NCBI GenBank assembly: GCA_038823825.1
Contig: JAWBCC010000001.1
Location: 240,001-272,000 of the forward strand
Direction: 5' to 3'
Length of the DNA stretch: 32,000 nucleotides
From: Candidatus Hadarchaeales archaeon
Lineage (GTDB): Archaea > Hadarchaeota > Hadarchaeia > Hadarchaeales > Hadarchaeaceae
The notes under the pieces were generated by a model, which was not told the DNA's origin, did not search any database, and saw only the letters and a program-made list of their open reading frames with translations. The first letter of the stretch is position 1. Every line of letters starts with the position of its first letter. Position numbers and translations under genes: made by a program. This document shows positions 1 to 9,289 of this stretch, one piece after another.

Positions 1-2061
1 AACGTAGGCTAGGAAGACGTTCGGTACGGCGTTTTCAACGTTCTCCTCAACGGGGTAGATCTTCGGGAGGAGAACGAAGTTGTCTGCTGGCAGAACTCCC
101 TTGTTATCGATAGCTTTCAGGACGACGACATAACCGTTGTCAAGGTTCTCGTTTTCGAAGAGGTCTGGCCAGTTGAGCTTATTCTCTATTCCCAGAACCT
201 CGTCGCTGAAGGTCACTTTGATCACCAAGACGTTTTCGTTGGCGTAACCTCCGTCAGAGATGCTCTCCCCTGAGACGTTCTCTTTTACTTCTACTGTCAC
301 ATTTGGAGCACGTGTGTCGACGACCAAGTTGTCGATGCTTTCTTCACCGATATTTCCGGCCTTGTCGATTATTCTTGCCGCGATCTTGTGTTTGCCGTCC
401 GGAATAGTAAGCTCAAAGCTTACCAGTCCGGTCCAGTCCGCAACTCCACTGGCGACTACTTCGTTGTCCAATAGGACCTCGAGCTTCAGGCCTTCAGGTG
501 TGTAGCCCGATGGTGTGAACACTAGGTTATCATCGGTATCGGAGAGAGTTACGTTGACCACGTAGTCGTTCTTGTTCTCGATGCCTACGGACAGTCCAAT
601 ACCAGTCAGACTGGGAGCTATCGGTCTGCGTCTGTCGACGAATATCTTGTCAGCGAAGATGGCAACAGTATTCTCGTTCCCGAGCACATCTTTTGCCTTG
701 TTTACTCTCACGGTTATGTAACCGTCGTTGTCCCAGTAATCCGTGTTCTCGGTTGTGTAGACTCCAGTCCACTCGGTGTTGTCTTCGTTCGGTGTAAGGG
801 TGAGCAGCCTGGGAGCCATTCCGTTCTCCCAGATTTCTACGTTTTCGAAGGTGAACGATTCATTGCCCTTCAGCTTGATTGTCACGTTTTCGCTTCCGCC
901 CACCCAGCTCTTGTCAACCTCGAGGGTGAGCACTGGCGGGTTACTGTCGACCTCAACTGAGGTAGTCCAGTTTCTGGCAAGATTTGTCGTATCCGTTGTT
1001 GTCACTGTGAAGTTGTAAAGACCGCTTGAAGTTGCTGACTCTACGGCGATCTTGAAGGTCACGGTTGAGCCGGGAGCGATTTGACCACCGGTCCACTCTA
1101 CATAGGTTGCCGCACTACTCGCGGACCATCCGCTCGGGATGTTCTCCACGGTTGCGGCGCTAACATCGAGTTCCTGACCCTTTTTTCTTATGACCACTGT
1201 GTTGTCTGAGACTCTGATTATTTCGAATGTTGTTGCTCTAGTGAGCTGTACCAAGGTACCAGCGGGTATGACAACTTCGTTGTCAATCAATTGTAGACTG
1301 CGCCCGCTGGGCAAGGTCCAGTTCATCACGTTCTGTGGTCTGTCTGTCACCAGAGTCACAGCATTGTCCTTTATGACCGCGGTTATGTCTGTAGCCGGTT
1401 TCACTGCGTTGTCGGACAATTTGATGTTCATATCGCCAACAGTTCTAAGCTTTGCATTCTCTGGAAGCATTACGATACTGGGACCGGTTTTGATCGCCAA
1501 AATGTCTTGATCCACAACTAGAGCCGTGCCGACGGGGTAACCAAAGCTTACGTCTTTGGCAACCTCAAAGTTTTCCCAGTCAACATTCTCTGTGAAAGTT
1601 CCTCCGCTAGCAGCGATTTTGACCTCGACGTCTTCAAGTAACTGCGTCTGTCCAAGTGGAGGCACCCAAACCCACTTGTTCTCCTTCACGATGACCACGG
1701 TGTTCTCCGGCAGGAAGATATTGTCGTTCTCGATCAGAAGCACGGTGGTTCCTGCGGGGATGTATACAACGTTATCAGCTGCAACAACGCATACATTGTT
1801 CTCCTTTGGAATCCGCACGACCGGGTATGGTTTTGACCATCCAGACGGAATGGTGACTCTCACTTTGCTGATGGCATGCACGCTATCTCCAGAGTTTGTT
1901 ACTGTGACGTCGAGAATCACGTTTTCTCCGCCACGGACTCTGCTTGGTGTGATCGAGATTGTTGCTGTGTGCGCTGCGCTGGTGAAACTCGTCGAAAGAA
2001 CCATGGCTATCGGTGTCATTAGCATTGCCGCAATCACTATCATTGCTGTTGTACTCTTCAT
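1..2061 (-). CDS. Secreted cell-surface (S-layer/adhesin-like) protein; N-terminus complete, C-terminus cut by window edge
   Basis: Not in ORF track. The reverse-complement frame ending at base 1 is open for all 687 codons from ATG 2061-2059 (checked line by line). GAGGTGA SD-like motif at 2067-2073. The N-terminus MKSTTAMIVIAAMLMTPIAMVLSTSFTSA looks like a signal peptide. The body is T/N/V/D-rich beta-type sequence with many NxT/S sequons. Confidence 0.75.
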   Translation of the reverse strand, partial: MKSTTAMIVIAAMLMTPIAMVLSTSFTSAAHTATISITPSRVRGGENVILDVTVTNSGDSVHAISKVRVTIPSGWSKPYPVVRIPKENNVCVVAADNVVYIPAGTTVLLIENDNIFLPENTVVIVKENKWVWVPPLGQTQLLEDVEVKIAASGGTFTENVDWENFEVAKDVSFGYPVGTALVVDQDILAIKTGPSIVMLPENAKLRTVGDMNIKLSDNAVKPATDITAVIKDNAVTLVTDRPQNVMNWTLPSGRSLQLIDNEVVIPAGTLVQLTRATTFEIIRVSDNTVVIRKKGQELDVSAATVENIPSGWSASSAATYVEWTGGQIAPGSTVTFKIAVESATSSGLYNFTVTTTDTTNLARNWTTSVEVDSNPPVLTLEVDKSWVGGSENVTIKLKGNESFTFENVEIWENGMAPRLLTLTPNEDNTEWTGVYTTENTDYWDNDGYITVRVNKAKDVLGNENTVAIFADKIFVDRRRPIAPSLTGIGLSVGIENKNDYVVNVTLSDTDDNLVFTPSGYTPEGLKLEVLLDNEVVASGVADWTGLVSFELTIPDGKHKIAARIIDKAGNIGEESIDNLVVDTRAPNVTVEVKENVSGESISDGGYANENVLVIKVTFSDEVLGIENKLNWPDLFENENLDNGYVVVLKAIDNKGVLPADNFVLLPKIYPVEENVENAVPNVFLAYV

Positions 2062-2102
2062 TTCTTTCACCTCTTTTTTGCGGAATTATCTTTTTCTTAC
2101 CC

Positions 2103-2110
2103 TATTTAAA
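2103..2110 (-). promoter_or_regulatory. Putative TATA box of the surface-protein gene
   Basis: TTTAAATA on the minus strand, about 45 nt upstream of ATG 2061. This leaves room for a roughly 20-nt leader carrying the GAGGTGA motif. Confidence 0.3.
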
Positions 2111-2277
2111 GCTTATCGGAAATTTAAATTTTGCAAATGGTAAGAAAAGCGCTTTATTTTTTTCGACGATTTTTGAAGGAAATTTCGACATTTGACGTAT
2201 ATCTTCAGAACTCGTTCTTACGTGAAAATAGAAGTGGCCACAGAGGCAACCGATAAAAAATAAACTGGAGATTTCTA

Positions 2278-3156
2278 ATGGTGAAAGATTTGCTGGTTGT
2301 GGAAGGATCGGCTTCCCCGAAGCTCTCGAAAAGGATTGCGAGACTTTTGGGATGTCCTCTCTTAAGACCCGAGCGCAAGAGGTTTCCCGATGGCGAGCTT
2401 TACGTCAGGTTTACACGGGAGGTTGCCGGTGAGCACGTCGTGATCGTCCAATCAACCCCGGAACCGCAGAACGAAAATCTGATGGAACTCTATTTTCTCG
2501 CTAAAACCGCTAAGGATCTAGGTGCGTTGGAAGTCACTTTGGTTGTTCCCTATCTCGCCTATGCTAGGCAAGATAAGAGATTCAAACCAGGTGAAGCCGT
2601 GACGCTCGATTATGTGGCATCCCTTATTTCGAACTCCGGCGCCGACTCCTTCATAGTGGTTGATATCCATGAACCAGAAACCCTTCCAAGATTTGGCTTG
2701 AAGTCTAGGAATCTTACGGCGATGCCACTCTTGGGAGTTTGGCTAAAGAGGCTTCACTTGAGGAAACCATTGGTTGTGGGGGGCGACGAAGGTTCAGAGG
2801 AAAGAGCTAGACTAGTCGCAAGAGAGTTCGGCGCAGACTATGACTATCTAGAGAAAAGAAGGCTGACTCCGACGAAGGTTATGATGAGGCCGAAGAGGTT
2901 TGAGGTTAGGGGAAGAGATGTTGTGATAATAGACGATATGATAAGCACGGGTGGGACTGTAGCCGAGGCTGCGAGGATTTTGAGGAAATCTGGAGCGAGG
3001 AGGATTTTTGCCGCATGTACGCATGCCGTTCTCTGCGGGAATGCTAAGGAAAAACTCAGAAATGCGGGAGTCGCAAGAATCGTAGCGACTGACACGATTG
3101 AGCGTAAGGAAAGCGTAGTTTCGGTGGCACCTCTGATTGTTGAGGCGTTGCGCTGA
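2278..3156 (+). CDS. prs: Ribose-phosphate pyrophosphokinase (PRPP synthase)
   Basis: 292 aa. FPDGELYVRF near the N-terminus, the PRPP-binding loop VVIIDDMISTGGT, and family-typical length. Confidence 0.92.
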   Translation: MVKDLLVVEGSASPKLSKRIARLLGCPLLRPERKRFPDGELYVRFTREVAGEHVVIVQSTPEPQNENLMELYFLAKTAKDLGALEVTLVVPYLAYARQDKRFKPGEAVTLDYVASLISNSGADSFIVVDIHEPETLPRFGLKSRNLTAMPLLGVWLKRLHLRKPLVVGGDEGSEERARLVAREFGADYDYLEKRRLTPTKVMMRPKRFEVRGRDVVIIDDMISTGGTVAEAARILRKSGARRIFAACTHAVLCGNAKEKLRNAGVARIVATDTIERKESVVSVAPLIVEALR

Positions 3157-4190
3157 TGGCGAGATTTTTCTTTCTTCTTTCTGGGGAGCACTCAAGCCTC
3201 CCGGCCGCTGAGGTTGTGGGGGCGTGTGAGGCTCTAGGGCATACTTTTAAACCAGTCGATGTTCTCGATCAAGTTTTGGTTGGGGAAACCTCGGCGGAGC
3301 CTGCTGTTCTGGCTGAAAGACTCGCAATGAGCTGGATGATTGGATTCCACCTCTTTACTTCGCCGGCATTCAAGCGGGAAATCTTGGATTCTCTCTTCAG
3401 CTCTGACTTCTTGGAGATATTTAATCCGAGGAAGACTTTTGCGATCACCGTGAAGAGGATTAAAAGAAGCGCACAACATCTTCAAACGCCGGAGTTGGAA
3501 AAGTGGCTCGCGGAGAAGATTTCGCGGGAGGTAAAATTTAAAACTGATTTGCGAAATCCGGAGTTTGAACTTGTTTTCGTTTTGACTGGGGAGAGTTGTG
3601 TTTGCGGAGTGAAAGTAGCGGAGGTTGATAGGAAAAGGTTTACGGCGAGGAGACCATCCAGGAGACCCGCATTTCATCCGAGCACTCTGACACCGGTTTT
3701 GGCAAGATGTATGGTTAATCTGGCGAGAACACCTCCGGGTGGGATTTTTCTGGATCCTTTCTGTGGTGTCGGTGGAATTTTGATTGAGGCGGGTCTTGTC
3801 GGTGCGATTCCGGTTGGGATTGACATAAAACCAGAGATGGTTGAGGGAGCGAAGAAAAATCTGGAGGCCTTCGGGATCAGGGATTACAGGCTGGAAGTTG
3901 GAGACGCGAGAAAGCTGGGTGGAATGGAGGTGGACGCGATAGCGACAGACCCGCCCTACGGGAGGCAAGCCACGACCGCAGGGAGTGAGGTCTGGGATCT
4001 CTATCGAGAATCTCTTCACTCGATGACAGAGGTTCTCAAGCCTGGAAGATTTCTCTGTATAACTGCACCGGCAGATATCAGAGAAACTGGAAAGGAGGCG
4101 GGCCTCGAAGTGGTCGATTATCACGAGCAGAAGGTTCATCGCAGTCTCATCAGATGTTTTCACGTTTTCAGGAAGCCGGGCAGTTTTTAA
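3156..4190 (+). CDS. THUMP-domain tRNA (guanine-N2)-methyltransferase (Trm-G10/Trm11-like)
   Basis: 344 aa. SAM-binding DPFCGVGGILIEAG and catalytic ATDPPYG motifs follow an N-terminal THUMP-like region. The start ATG overlaps the prs TGA by 1 nt. Confidence 0.82.
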   Translation: MARFFFLLSGEHSSLPAAEVVGACEALGHTFKPVDVLDQVLVGETSAEPAVLAERLAMSWMIGFHLFTSPAFKREILDSLFSSDFLEIFNPRKTFAITVKRIKRSAQHLQTPELEKWLAEKISREVKFKTDLRNPEFELVFVLTGESCVCGVKVAEVDRKRFTARRPSRRPAFHPSTLTPVLARCMVNLARTPPGGIFLDPFCGVGGILIEAGLVGAIPVGIDIKPEMVEGAKKNLEAFGIRDYRLEVGDARKLGGMEVDAIATDPPYGRQATTAGSEVWDLYRESLHSMTEVLKPGRFLCITAPADIRETGKEAGLEVVDYHEQKVHRSLIRCFHVFRKPGSF

Positions 4191-4246
4191 GTGCACACGT
4201 GGGCTTTAAAAATCGATTATTAACTTCCAAACACGAGAATTATGTG

Positions 4247-5167
4247 ATGACTCTAAGGATAATCTTCTTGGGAACAACCGGCAGCATTCCAACAAAATCT
4301 CGCGGAATGCCCTCAATAGCCATAAGGAGAGAGAGCGACTTGCTCCTCTTCGACTGTGGTGAGGGAACGCAGCGCCAGATGCTCCTAGCCCACTTAAGCC
4401 CGCTGAAAGTTGGCGCTATCTTCATCACGCATCTTCACGGAGATCATTTTCTTGGTCTTGCTGGTCTCATCCAGACGATGTCCCTTTTCTCAAGAAAAGA
4501 GCCACTATCCATCTACTGTCCGCGTGGCGAAGGAGAACGTCTGAAATCCTACATCTTCGCTCCCAGATACGACCTAACGTTCGATTTAGAGATCCGCGAG
4601 CTCTCTGACGGGGAAGAGGTCAGGATGTCTGAATACAGAGTAGTCGCGGCGGAGGCCGACCACTCAGTCCCCTCTCTAGCATACGCTCTAGTAGAAAACG
4701 ACCGCCCAGGAAAGCTCAACGTTGAGAAAGCGATTTCGCTCGGTGTTCGTCCCGGCCCCGGCTTCTCAAGGCTCAAAGCCGGAGAGAGCATCACACTTCC
4801 AGACGGAAGAAAAGTCTACCCTAGTGATGTTTTAGGTCCGGCCAGAAGGGGAAGAAAGATAGTTTACACTGGTGACACCATTCCTTCTGAGAAAATAGTC
4901 AAGCTTTCGAAAGATGCGGATGTTTTAATTCACGACTGCACGCTCGGCGAAGAATTCTCGGAAAAGGCAAGAGAAGGAGGTCACTCCACCCCTTTAGAGG
5001 CGGCCGAAATCGCGAGAGCAGCAAACGTTCGCCTTCTGATTCTCTTCCACATAAGCCCGAGACATGAGGACCCATCCCCTCTGCTCGAGCAAGCCAGAAG
5101 GATTTTTCCAAACACGATCATCGCAGAAGACCTGATGGAACTCGAGATTCCCTATCCCGAAGAATGA
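4247..5167 (+). CDS. rnz: Ribonuclease Z (tRNA 3' endonuclease)
   Basis: MTLRIIFLGTTGSIPT N-terminus, metallo-beta-lactamase THLHGDH motif, ADHS. I use the internal ATG at 4247; the track start at 4154 adds 31 non-homologous residues and overlaps the upstream gene. Confidence 0.9.
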   Translation: MTLRIIFLGTTGSIPTKSRGMPSIAIRRESDLLLFDCGEGTQRQMLLAHLSPLKVGAIFITHLHGDHFLGLAGLIQTMSLFSRKEPLSIYCPRGEGERLKSYIFAPRYDLTFDLEIRELSDGEEVRMSEYRVVAAEADHSVPSLAYALVENDRPGKLNVEKAISLGVRPGPGFSRLKAGESITLPDGRKVYPSDVLGPARRGRKIVYTGDTIPSEKIVKLSKDADVLIHDCTLGEEFSEKAREGGHSTPLEAAEIARAANVRLLILFHISPRHEDPSPLLEQARRIFPNTIIAEDLMELEIPYPEE

Positions 5168-5294
5168 GGGCTCAGTCTGGAGGATTCGATCATCAAATCT
5201 CCTAACCCTCTTTTCCTCATCGCCCATATTTCTTCTTCAGCGGACGATAAAAGCGATTCGCTCCGCCCGATTTCCTTCCCCACGTAGAAGAAAA

Positions 5295-5945
5295 TCAAAG
5301 TCCCTCAAACTTCAAACTCACGCCAGGAACTCCGTACATCCGCGAGAGCTCGACAAGCAATGCGACAGTAACTTCAACTAACCTGCTGTTCTTTAGCGGC
5401 CCACCGTCAATCGCTCTCATCCCAGGGATGTGATTTATAAGCCTGATAACTCTCTTCTTGGCTTCCAGGTCATCCCCACAGATCACGACGTCACACGGAA
5501 CCGGCGATCCGATATCTTGAAGCATCTTCGCTCCGACCGTGTGGAAGGCCGAAACGACTCTCGCCTCCGGCAGCAACTTCGCAACTTCTTCCGCGGCAGA
5601 TCCACTTTCCGGCCTGATGTACTCTATATCTCCTCCTTCAAACTTCAGAGGAACGATGACGCTTAGAACAATCTTCCCACGAACTTCTGGTCTTATCTCC
5701 TCCGCAATCTCGGAGAGAGCCGCGAACGGCACGCTTAACACTACAATTTCCGCAAGTCTGGCAGCTTCACTATTTCTACCCCATCCGATTTCCCGCCCGG
5801 TAAGCCTAGAAAGCTCCTCAGCAACCTTCTTCGCCTTCTCCGGCGAGCGCGAGCCTATGATCACTTTCTCCTCTCCGAGCACCCATCTCGCCACAAGACC
5901 TCTGCCCAAGTCTCCAGTTCCGCCTATCACGGCAATCGTTTGCAT
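5295..5945 (-). CDS. npdG: NADPH-dependent F420 reductase (F420H2:NADP oxidoreductase)
   Basis: 216 aa. Rossmann N-terminus IAVIGGTGDLGRGLV and family-typical length and layout. Confidence 0.82.
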   Translation of the reverse strand: MQTIAVIGGTGDLGRGLVARWVLGEEKVIIGSRSPEKAKKVAEELSRLTGREIGWGRNSEAARLAEIVVLSVPFAALSEIAEEIRPEVRGKIVLSVIVPLKFEGGDIEYIRPESGSAAEEVAKLLPEARVVSAFHTVGAKMLQDIGSPVPCDVVICGDDLEAKKRVIRLINHIPGMRAIDGGPLKNSRLVEVTVALLVELSRMYGVPGVSLKFEGL

Positions 5946-5979
5946 CGCTAAAACCTCAGCTAGAAATCTCTATTTAACT

Positions 5980-6399
5980 TCACGGGTCAAGCAGATAATC
6001 GATCTCATAAAGTGGTACCCCATTCTTCGTTTTCGGGGCGAGATAATCGATCATTCTTTTCAAATCTTCCGCCCAAATCTTCACAACAATCGGCCCCATC
6101 GGCGATTCCCCATTCGTAAAACTCACCTTTCCAACGAAGGCGGCTTGTTTGTTTAGACGAAAACACATCGAATTTTCATCCGAAACTCCCGCGTTCATCA
6201 CGGACCTCGCCGCATCCAGAATCGCCTGCTTTCTGAGAAGCTCCCTGAATCGCGAAAGTAACATGACATCACTCCCCTCACCGCAAATAACATCCTTTTT
6301 GATGTCCAGCTGCAATCCCGGGAAGATATTCAGGATGGCTTTTTTGACTTTTTCCGGGTCTTCAGTCTTCCTCACTTCAGCCTCTACCTCAAGCTTCAC
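5980..6399 (-). CDS. UPF0201/COG1931-type predicted RNA-binding protein
   Basis: About 139 aa, conserved archaeal family pattern. The GTG at 6399 sits 7 nt after AGGAGG; the track uses the TTG at 6402. It overlaps the end of the upstream kinase-like gene. Confidence 0.65.
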   Translation of the reverse strand: MKLEVEAEVRKTEDPEKVKKAILNIFPGLQLDIKKDVICGEGSDVMLLSRFRELLRKQAILDAARSVMNAGVSDENSMCFRLNKQAAFVGKVSFTNGESPMGPIVVKIWAEDLKRMIDYLAPKTKNGVPLYEIDYLLDP

Positions 6400-6955
6400 C
6401 AATAATCCTCCTATAGAGCTCTTCCGCCTTTTCCTTAAGTTCTTCCAGCGTCCCTTCGTTCACGATGAAAACGTCCGCCAGCGCAATGGCTTCCGCTAAT
6501 CCCCATCCAAGCTCTCTCTCATCTTTCTCAACGAACTCAGCAAAGCTTCCAGCATCGTCTTCTCTCCTCCTTCCTGTTATTCTCTCAAACCTTGCCTTGG
6601 CTGGTGCCAGAACGGCGCAGAGAATAAATCTCTCCCCGAAGGCCCGTCGAAACTCCTCAACTTCTGCCAATCCTCTTATTCCGTCAACGACAACGGCTCT
6701 GCTGCTCTTCCCAGCGCTTTCTATTTTTGGTATGTTTAACTTCGCGATGATGCTCATCCCATGCTTTTTTCTCAATTCGTCCGCCATCTCGCCTACACTC
6801 TTCTCATTTACTTCCAAACCTCTTCGCTTGACCTCTTCGACTACAACATCCCCCATTCTGATGCAAGGAATGCCAAATTTTGAAAAAACTTTGGCTATCT
6901 CGGTCTTCCCAGCCGCCTGAAGTCCGACAAGCCCGATGACCTTGAAGTCCCTCAC
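6389..6955 (-). CDS. UPF0200-type P-loop nucleotide-kinase-like protein
   Basis: 188 aa. Walker A GLQAAGKT near the N-terminus and an adenylate/dephospho-CoA-kinase-like layout. The GTG start overlaps the upstream stop (GTGA). Confidence 0.68.
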   Translation of the reverse strand: MRDFKVIGLVGLQAAGKTEIAKVFSKFGIPCIRMGDVVVEEVKRRGLEVNEKSVGEMADELRKKHGMSIIAKLNIPKIESAGKSSRAVVVDGIRGLAEVEEFRRAFGERFILCAVLAPAKARFERITGRRREDDAGSFAEFVEKDERELGWGLAEAIALADVFIVNEGTLEELKEKAEELYRRIIGEA

Positions 6956-7185
6956 AGTTCAATCACGATCAGCGTGGTTGTGTTTGTTACGCCGGGAGCT
7001 CCTCTGATTTCTCCAAAGATTATCTTCGTCAGCTTCTCCAAGGAATCGACTTCTATCTGTGCAACAATGTCGTACGGACCAGCAACGGTTTCCGCGAGTT
7101 TTACTCCGTCGATGCTTTTTATTTTCCTATAAACCTCAGCCGTTCTCCCAGGCTCGGTAGAAATCAAACTGTACGCTCTAACCAT
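6952..7185 (-). CDS. Stand-alone Lrp/AsnC ligand-binding (RAM) domain protein
   Basis: 77 aa with the typical RAM pattern (VRAYSLI...GPYDIVAQIEV...TTTLIV). GAGGTGA lies upstream of the ATG. Confidence 0.72.
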   Translation of the reverse strand: MVRAYSLISTEPGRTAEVYRKIKSIDGVKLAETVAGPYDIVAQIEVDSLEKLTKIIFGEIRGAPGVTNTTTLIVIEL

Positions 7186-7241
7186 TTCCGTTTCACCTCA
7201 TCAAAATAGATACTTGGAATATAAAAAAGGAACGTTTGCTG

Positions 7242-8606
7242 TCATCTCATCCTCGCATCGAGAAATCTCCTAGCCTCTTCAACTATTTTATTCTTCAAAT
7301 CCTCGAGCTCCTCCAAACTTCTGCCCTCTATGACGACTCTCGCTTTTGGTTCAGTCCCGGAAACTCTCACTAGGACCCAACTTCCGTTTTTTCTTTCAAT
7401 GCGCACACCGTCAATATCAATTATCTTCTCTACATCTCCGATCTCTTTCAAAACATGCCTCTTCATGTGTTCCATGAAGTAGGGCTTCATCTCGTCCCGA
7501 CAGTGGAAATCTTCATGATACATGGGATAGTCCGGAACGCTTTCCTTGAAAATACGTGAAATCGGTTTTCTTTCTTTGGAAATCAATTCGACGACTTTGG
7601 CTGCCGAAAAAATCCCGTCCGCCCACATCCCATGCTCAAGGAACACGAGCTTCCCCGGTTCCCCAGCGAAGCAAGCCTGGTGTTCGATCAATCCTTCCGT
7701 AAACGCGCCAAGCGGAACTCTGATGACCTTCCCACCCATCCGTTGGACAACTTCTTCGATCGATTTAGAAGTGTTTACACTTGTGATTACTATCCCACCA
7801 CCTCTTTCTCTTACAATCTTCTGCGCAAAGAAAGCAATTAACGTATCATGCTTGATGAAATCTCCATTCTCATCGATAACGGCCAATCTATCAGCATCTC
7901 CATCGTGTGCTATTCCAAGATCTGCGCCCACCTTCTTGACGACCGCCATCAGCTCTCCAAGGTTCCACGGCTGAGGCTCTGCAGGTCTGCCCGGGAAGTG
8001 ACCATCTGGATGAGAGTTTATAGTTACGACCTCACACCCAAGTCTCCTAAGAAGGACAGGGGTGATCCCTGATGCTGCTCCATTTGCCGGATCCACAACC
8101 ACCTTCACACTCCCATCGACCTTTACTTTCTTCTCGATATCCGTGATGTATTCTTCAGTGATGTCGATCTTGTGGACGCTTCCAACATTCATCCACTCCA
8201 CCATTTTTGGTTGAACATCTAGGACGAGCCTTTCAAGCTCGACTTCCCTCTCGCTTGTGAATTCAGACCCATTCTCGGTGTAGAACGTCAGACCGTTGTC
8301 CGTCGGCGGATTATGGGAGGCTGTTATCATCGTGCCAGCCGACGCCCCAAGCTTCTTCGTCGCGAAAGCCAAGCATGGCGAGGGAACAATTCCAACATCA
8401 AGCACATCGGATCCGCCAGCCATCAATCCCGCCGAAAACGCTGAAAAAAGCATCTCCCCAGTAACCCTCGTGTCCCTTCCGACCACAACCTCGCCACCGC
8501 CGGTCAACTCGGCGAGCGCAAGTCCTAATTTGAAAGTAAGCTCCGGTGAAACCTTGACATGAACTGGTCCTCTTATCCCTCTGGTTCCAAAGAGCCTTTT
8601 TTTCAT
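7242..8606 (-). CDS. Phosphohexomutase (phosphomannomutase/phosphoglucomutase or GlmM paralog)
   Basis: 454 aa. Active-site TASHNPPTDNG, Mg loop GIAHDGDADR, C-terminal RVSGTEPK. Confidence 0.88.
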   Translation of the reverse strand: MKKRLFGTRGIRGPVHVKVSPELTFKLGLALAELTGGGEVVVGRDTRVTGEMLFSAFSAGLMAGGSDVLDVGIVPSPCLAFATKKLGASAGTMITASHNPPTDNGLTFYTENGSEFTSEREVELERLVLDVQPKMVEWMNVGSVHKIDITEEYITDIEKKVKVDGSVKVVVDPANGAASGITPVLLRRLGCEVVTINSHPDGHFPGRPAEPQPWNLGELMAVVKKVGADLGIAHDGDADRLAVIDENGDFIKHDTLIAFFAQKIVRERGGGIVITSVNTSKSIEEVVQRMGGKVIRVPLGAFTEGLIEHQACFAGEPGKLVFLEHGMWADGIFSAAKVVELISKERKPISRIFKESVPDYPMYHEDFHCRDEMKPYFMEHMKRHVLKEIGDVEKIIDIDGVRIERKNGSWVLVRVSGTEPKARVVIEGRSLEELEDLKNKIVEEARRFLDARMR

Positions 8607-8665
8607 CGTATCAAACTCCCCTCCACATATCTTAAATCTGGAAGTTTTCCGAGATTTTTGGGAGA

Positions 8666-9289
8666 ATGACGGTGAAACCCATTAGAATCTGTGTGATTGG
8701 CTTGCAGGGCGCAGTTGAGGAGCACATCGAAATGACGAAGAAAACCATGCAGAAGATGGGAATAGAAGGTGAAGTCATCTGGGCACGCAACGTAGAAGAT
8801 CTCCTCGATTGCTCGGGTATAATCATCCCTGGTGGCGAAAGCACAACGATAGGCAAACTCATGCAAACTTCCCAAATGTTTGAAACGGTCAGGAAACTCG
8901 GGTTGTCTGGGACTCCAGTCTTTGGGACGTGTGCTGGGATGATCATTTTGGCGAAAAAGGGGGATGAGCAGGTGGAAAGAACCGGTCAGCCCCTCTTAGG
9001 TCTTATGGATATGGAGGTTGTGCGAAACGCATTCGGCAGACAGAGAGAATCCTTTGAAGCCGACATAGAAATCCCGATCATCGAGGGTGGACTCTTCAGG
9101 GCGGTTTTCATAAGGGCTCCGGCTGTCAAAAGAGTCTGGGGAGACGCCAGAGTTATCGCAGAGTTTGGCGGAAGGATTGTAGGAGTTTTGCAGAAGAACT
9201 TTCTCGCCCTCGCTTTTCATCCCGAGTTAACGGACGACACCAGACTACACGAATTTTTCTTGAAGATGTGTCTAAAGCCCCCAGCTTAG
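8666..9289 (+). CDS. pdxT: Pyridoxal 5'-phosphate synthase glutaminase subunit
   Basis: 207 aa. GGESTT, catalytic GTCAG and FHPE motifs. Confidence 0.9.
   Translation: MTVKPIRICVIGLQGAVEEHIEMTKKTMQKMGIEGEVIWARNVEDLLDCSGIIIPGGESTTIGKLMQTSQMFETVRKLGLSGTPVFGTCAGMIILAKKGDEQVERTGQPLLGLMDMEVVRNAFGRQRESFEADIEIPIIEGGLFRAVFIRAPAVKRVWGDARVIAEFGGRIVGVLQKNFLALAFHPELTDDTRLHEFFLKMCLKPPA

Noticed and set aside
260-2195. Plus-strand ORFs 260-505, 776-1018, 1190-1510, 1556-2143 and 2013-2195
   Set aside because: Their products are low-complexity and S/T/L-rich with no motifs. They lie antisense to, or at the upstream edge of, the uninterrupted 687-codon minus-strand gene, which has a signal peptide, SD and TATA.
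3234-4196. 320-aa minus-strand ORF
   Set aside because: It lies entirely antisense to the THUMP methyltransferase, which has clear SAM and DPPY motifs. Its product is R/S/N-rich with no recognisable domain.
5168-5294. Possible terminator hairpin GGAGGATTCGATCATCAAATCTCC between the convergent rnz and npdG genes
   Set aside because: Beyond 4 bp the stem does not pair, and no oligo-T tract follows.
5539-6156. 205-aa plus-strand ORF, with similar long antisense ORFs at 12846-13531, 18716-19312, 20490-21170 and 24866-25441
   Set aside because: Each is the antisense shadow of a gene with strong family motifs (npdG, CBS genes, serA-like, glmU-like, serS). Their products are S/P/L/T-rich with no motifs.
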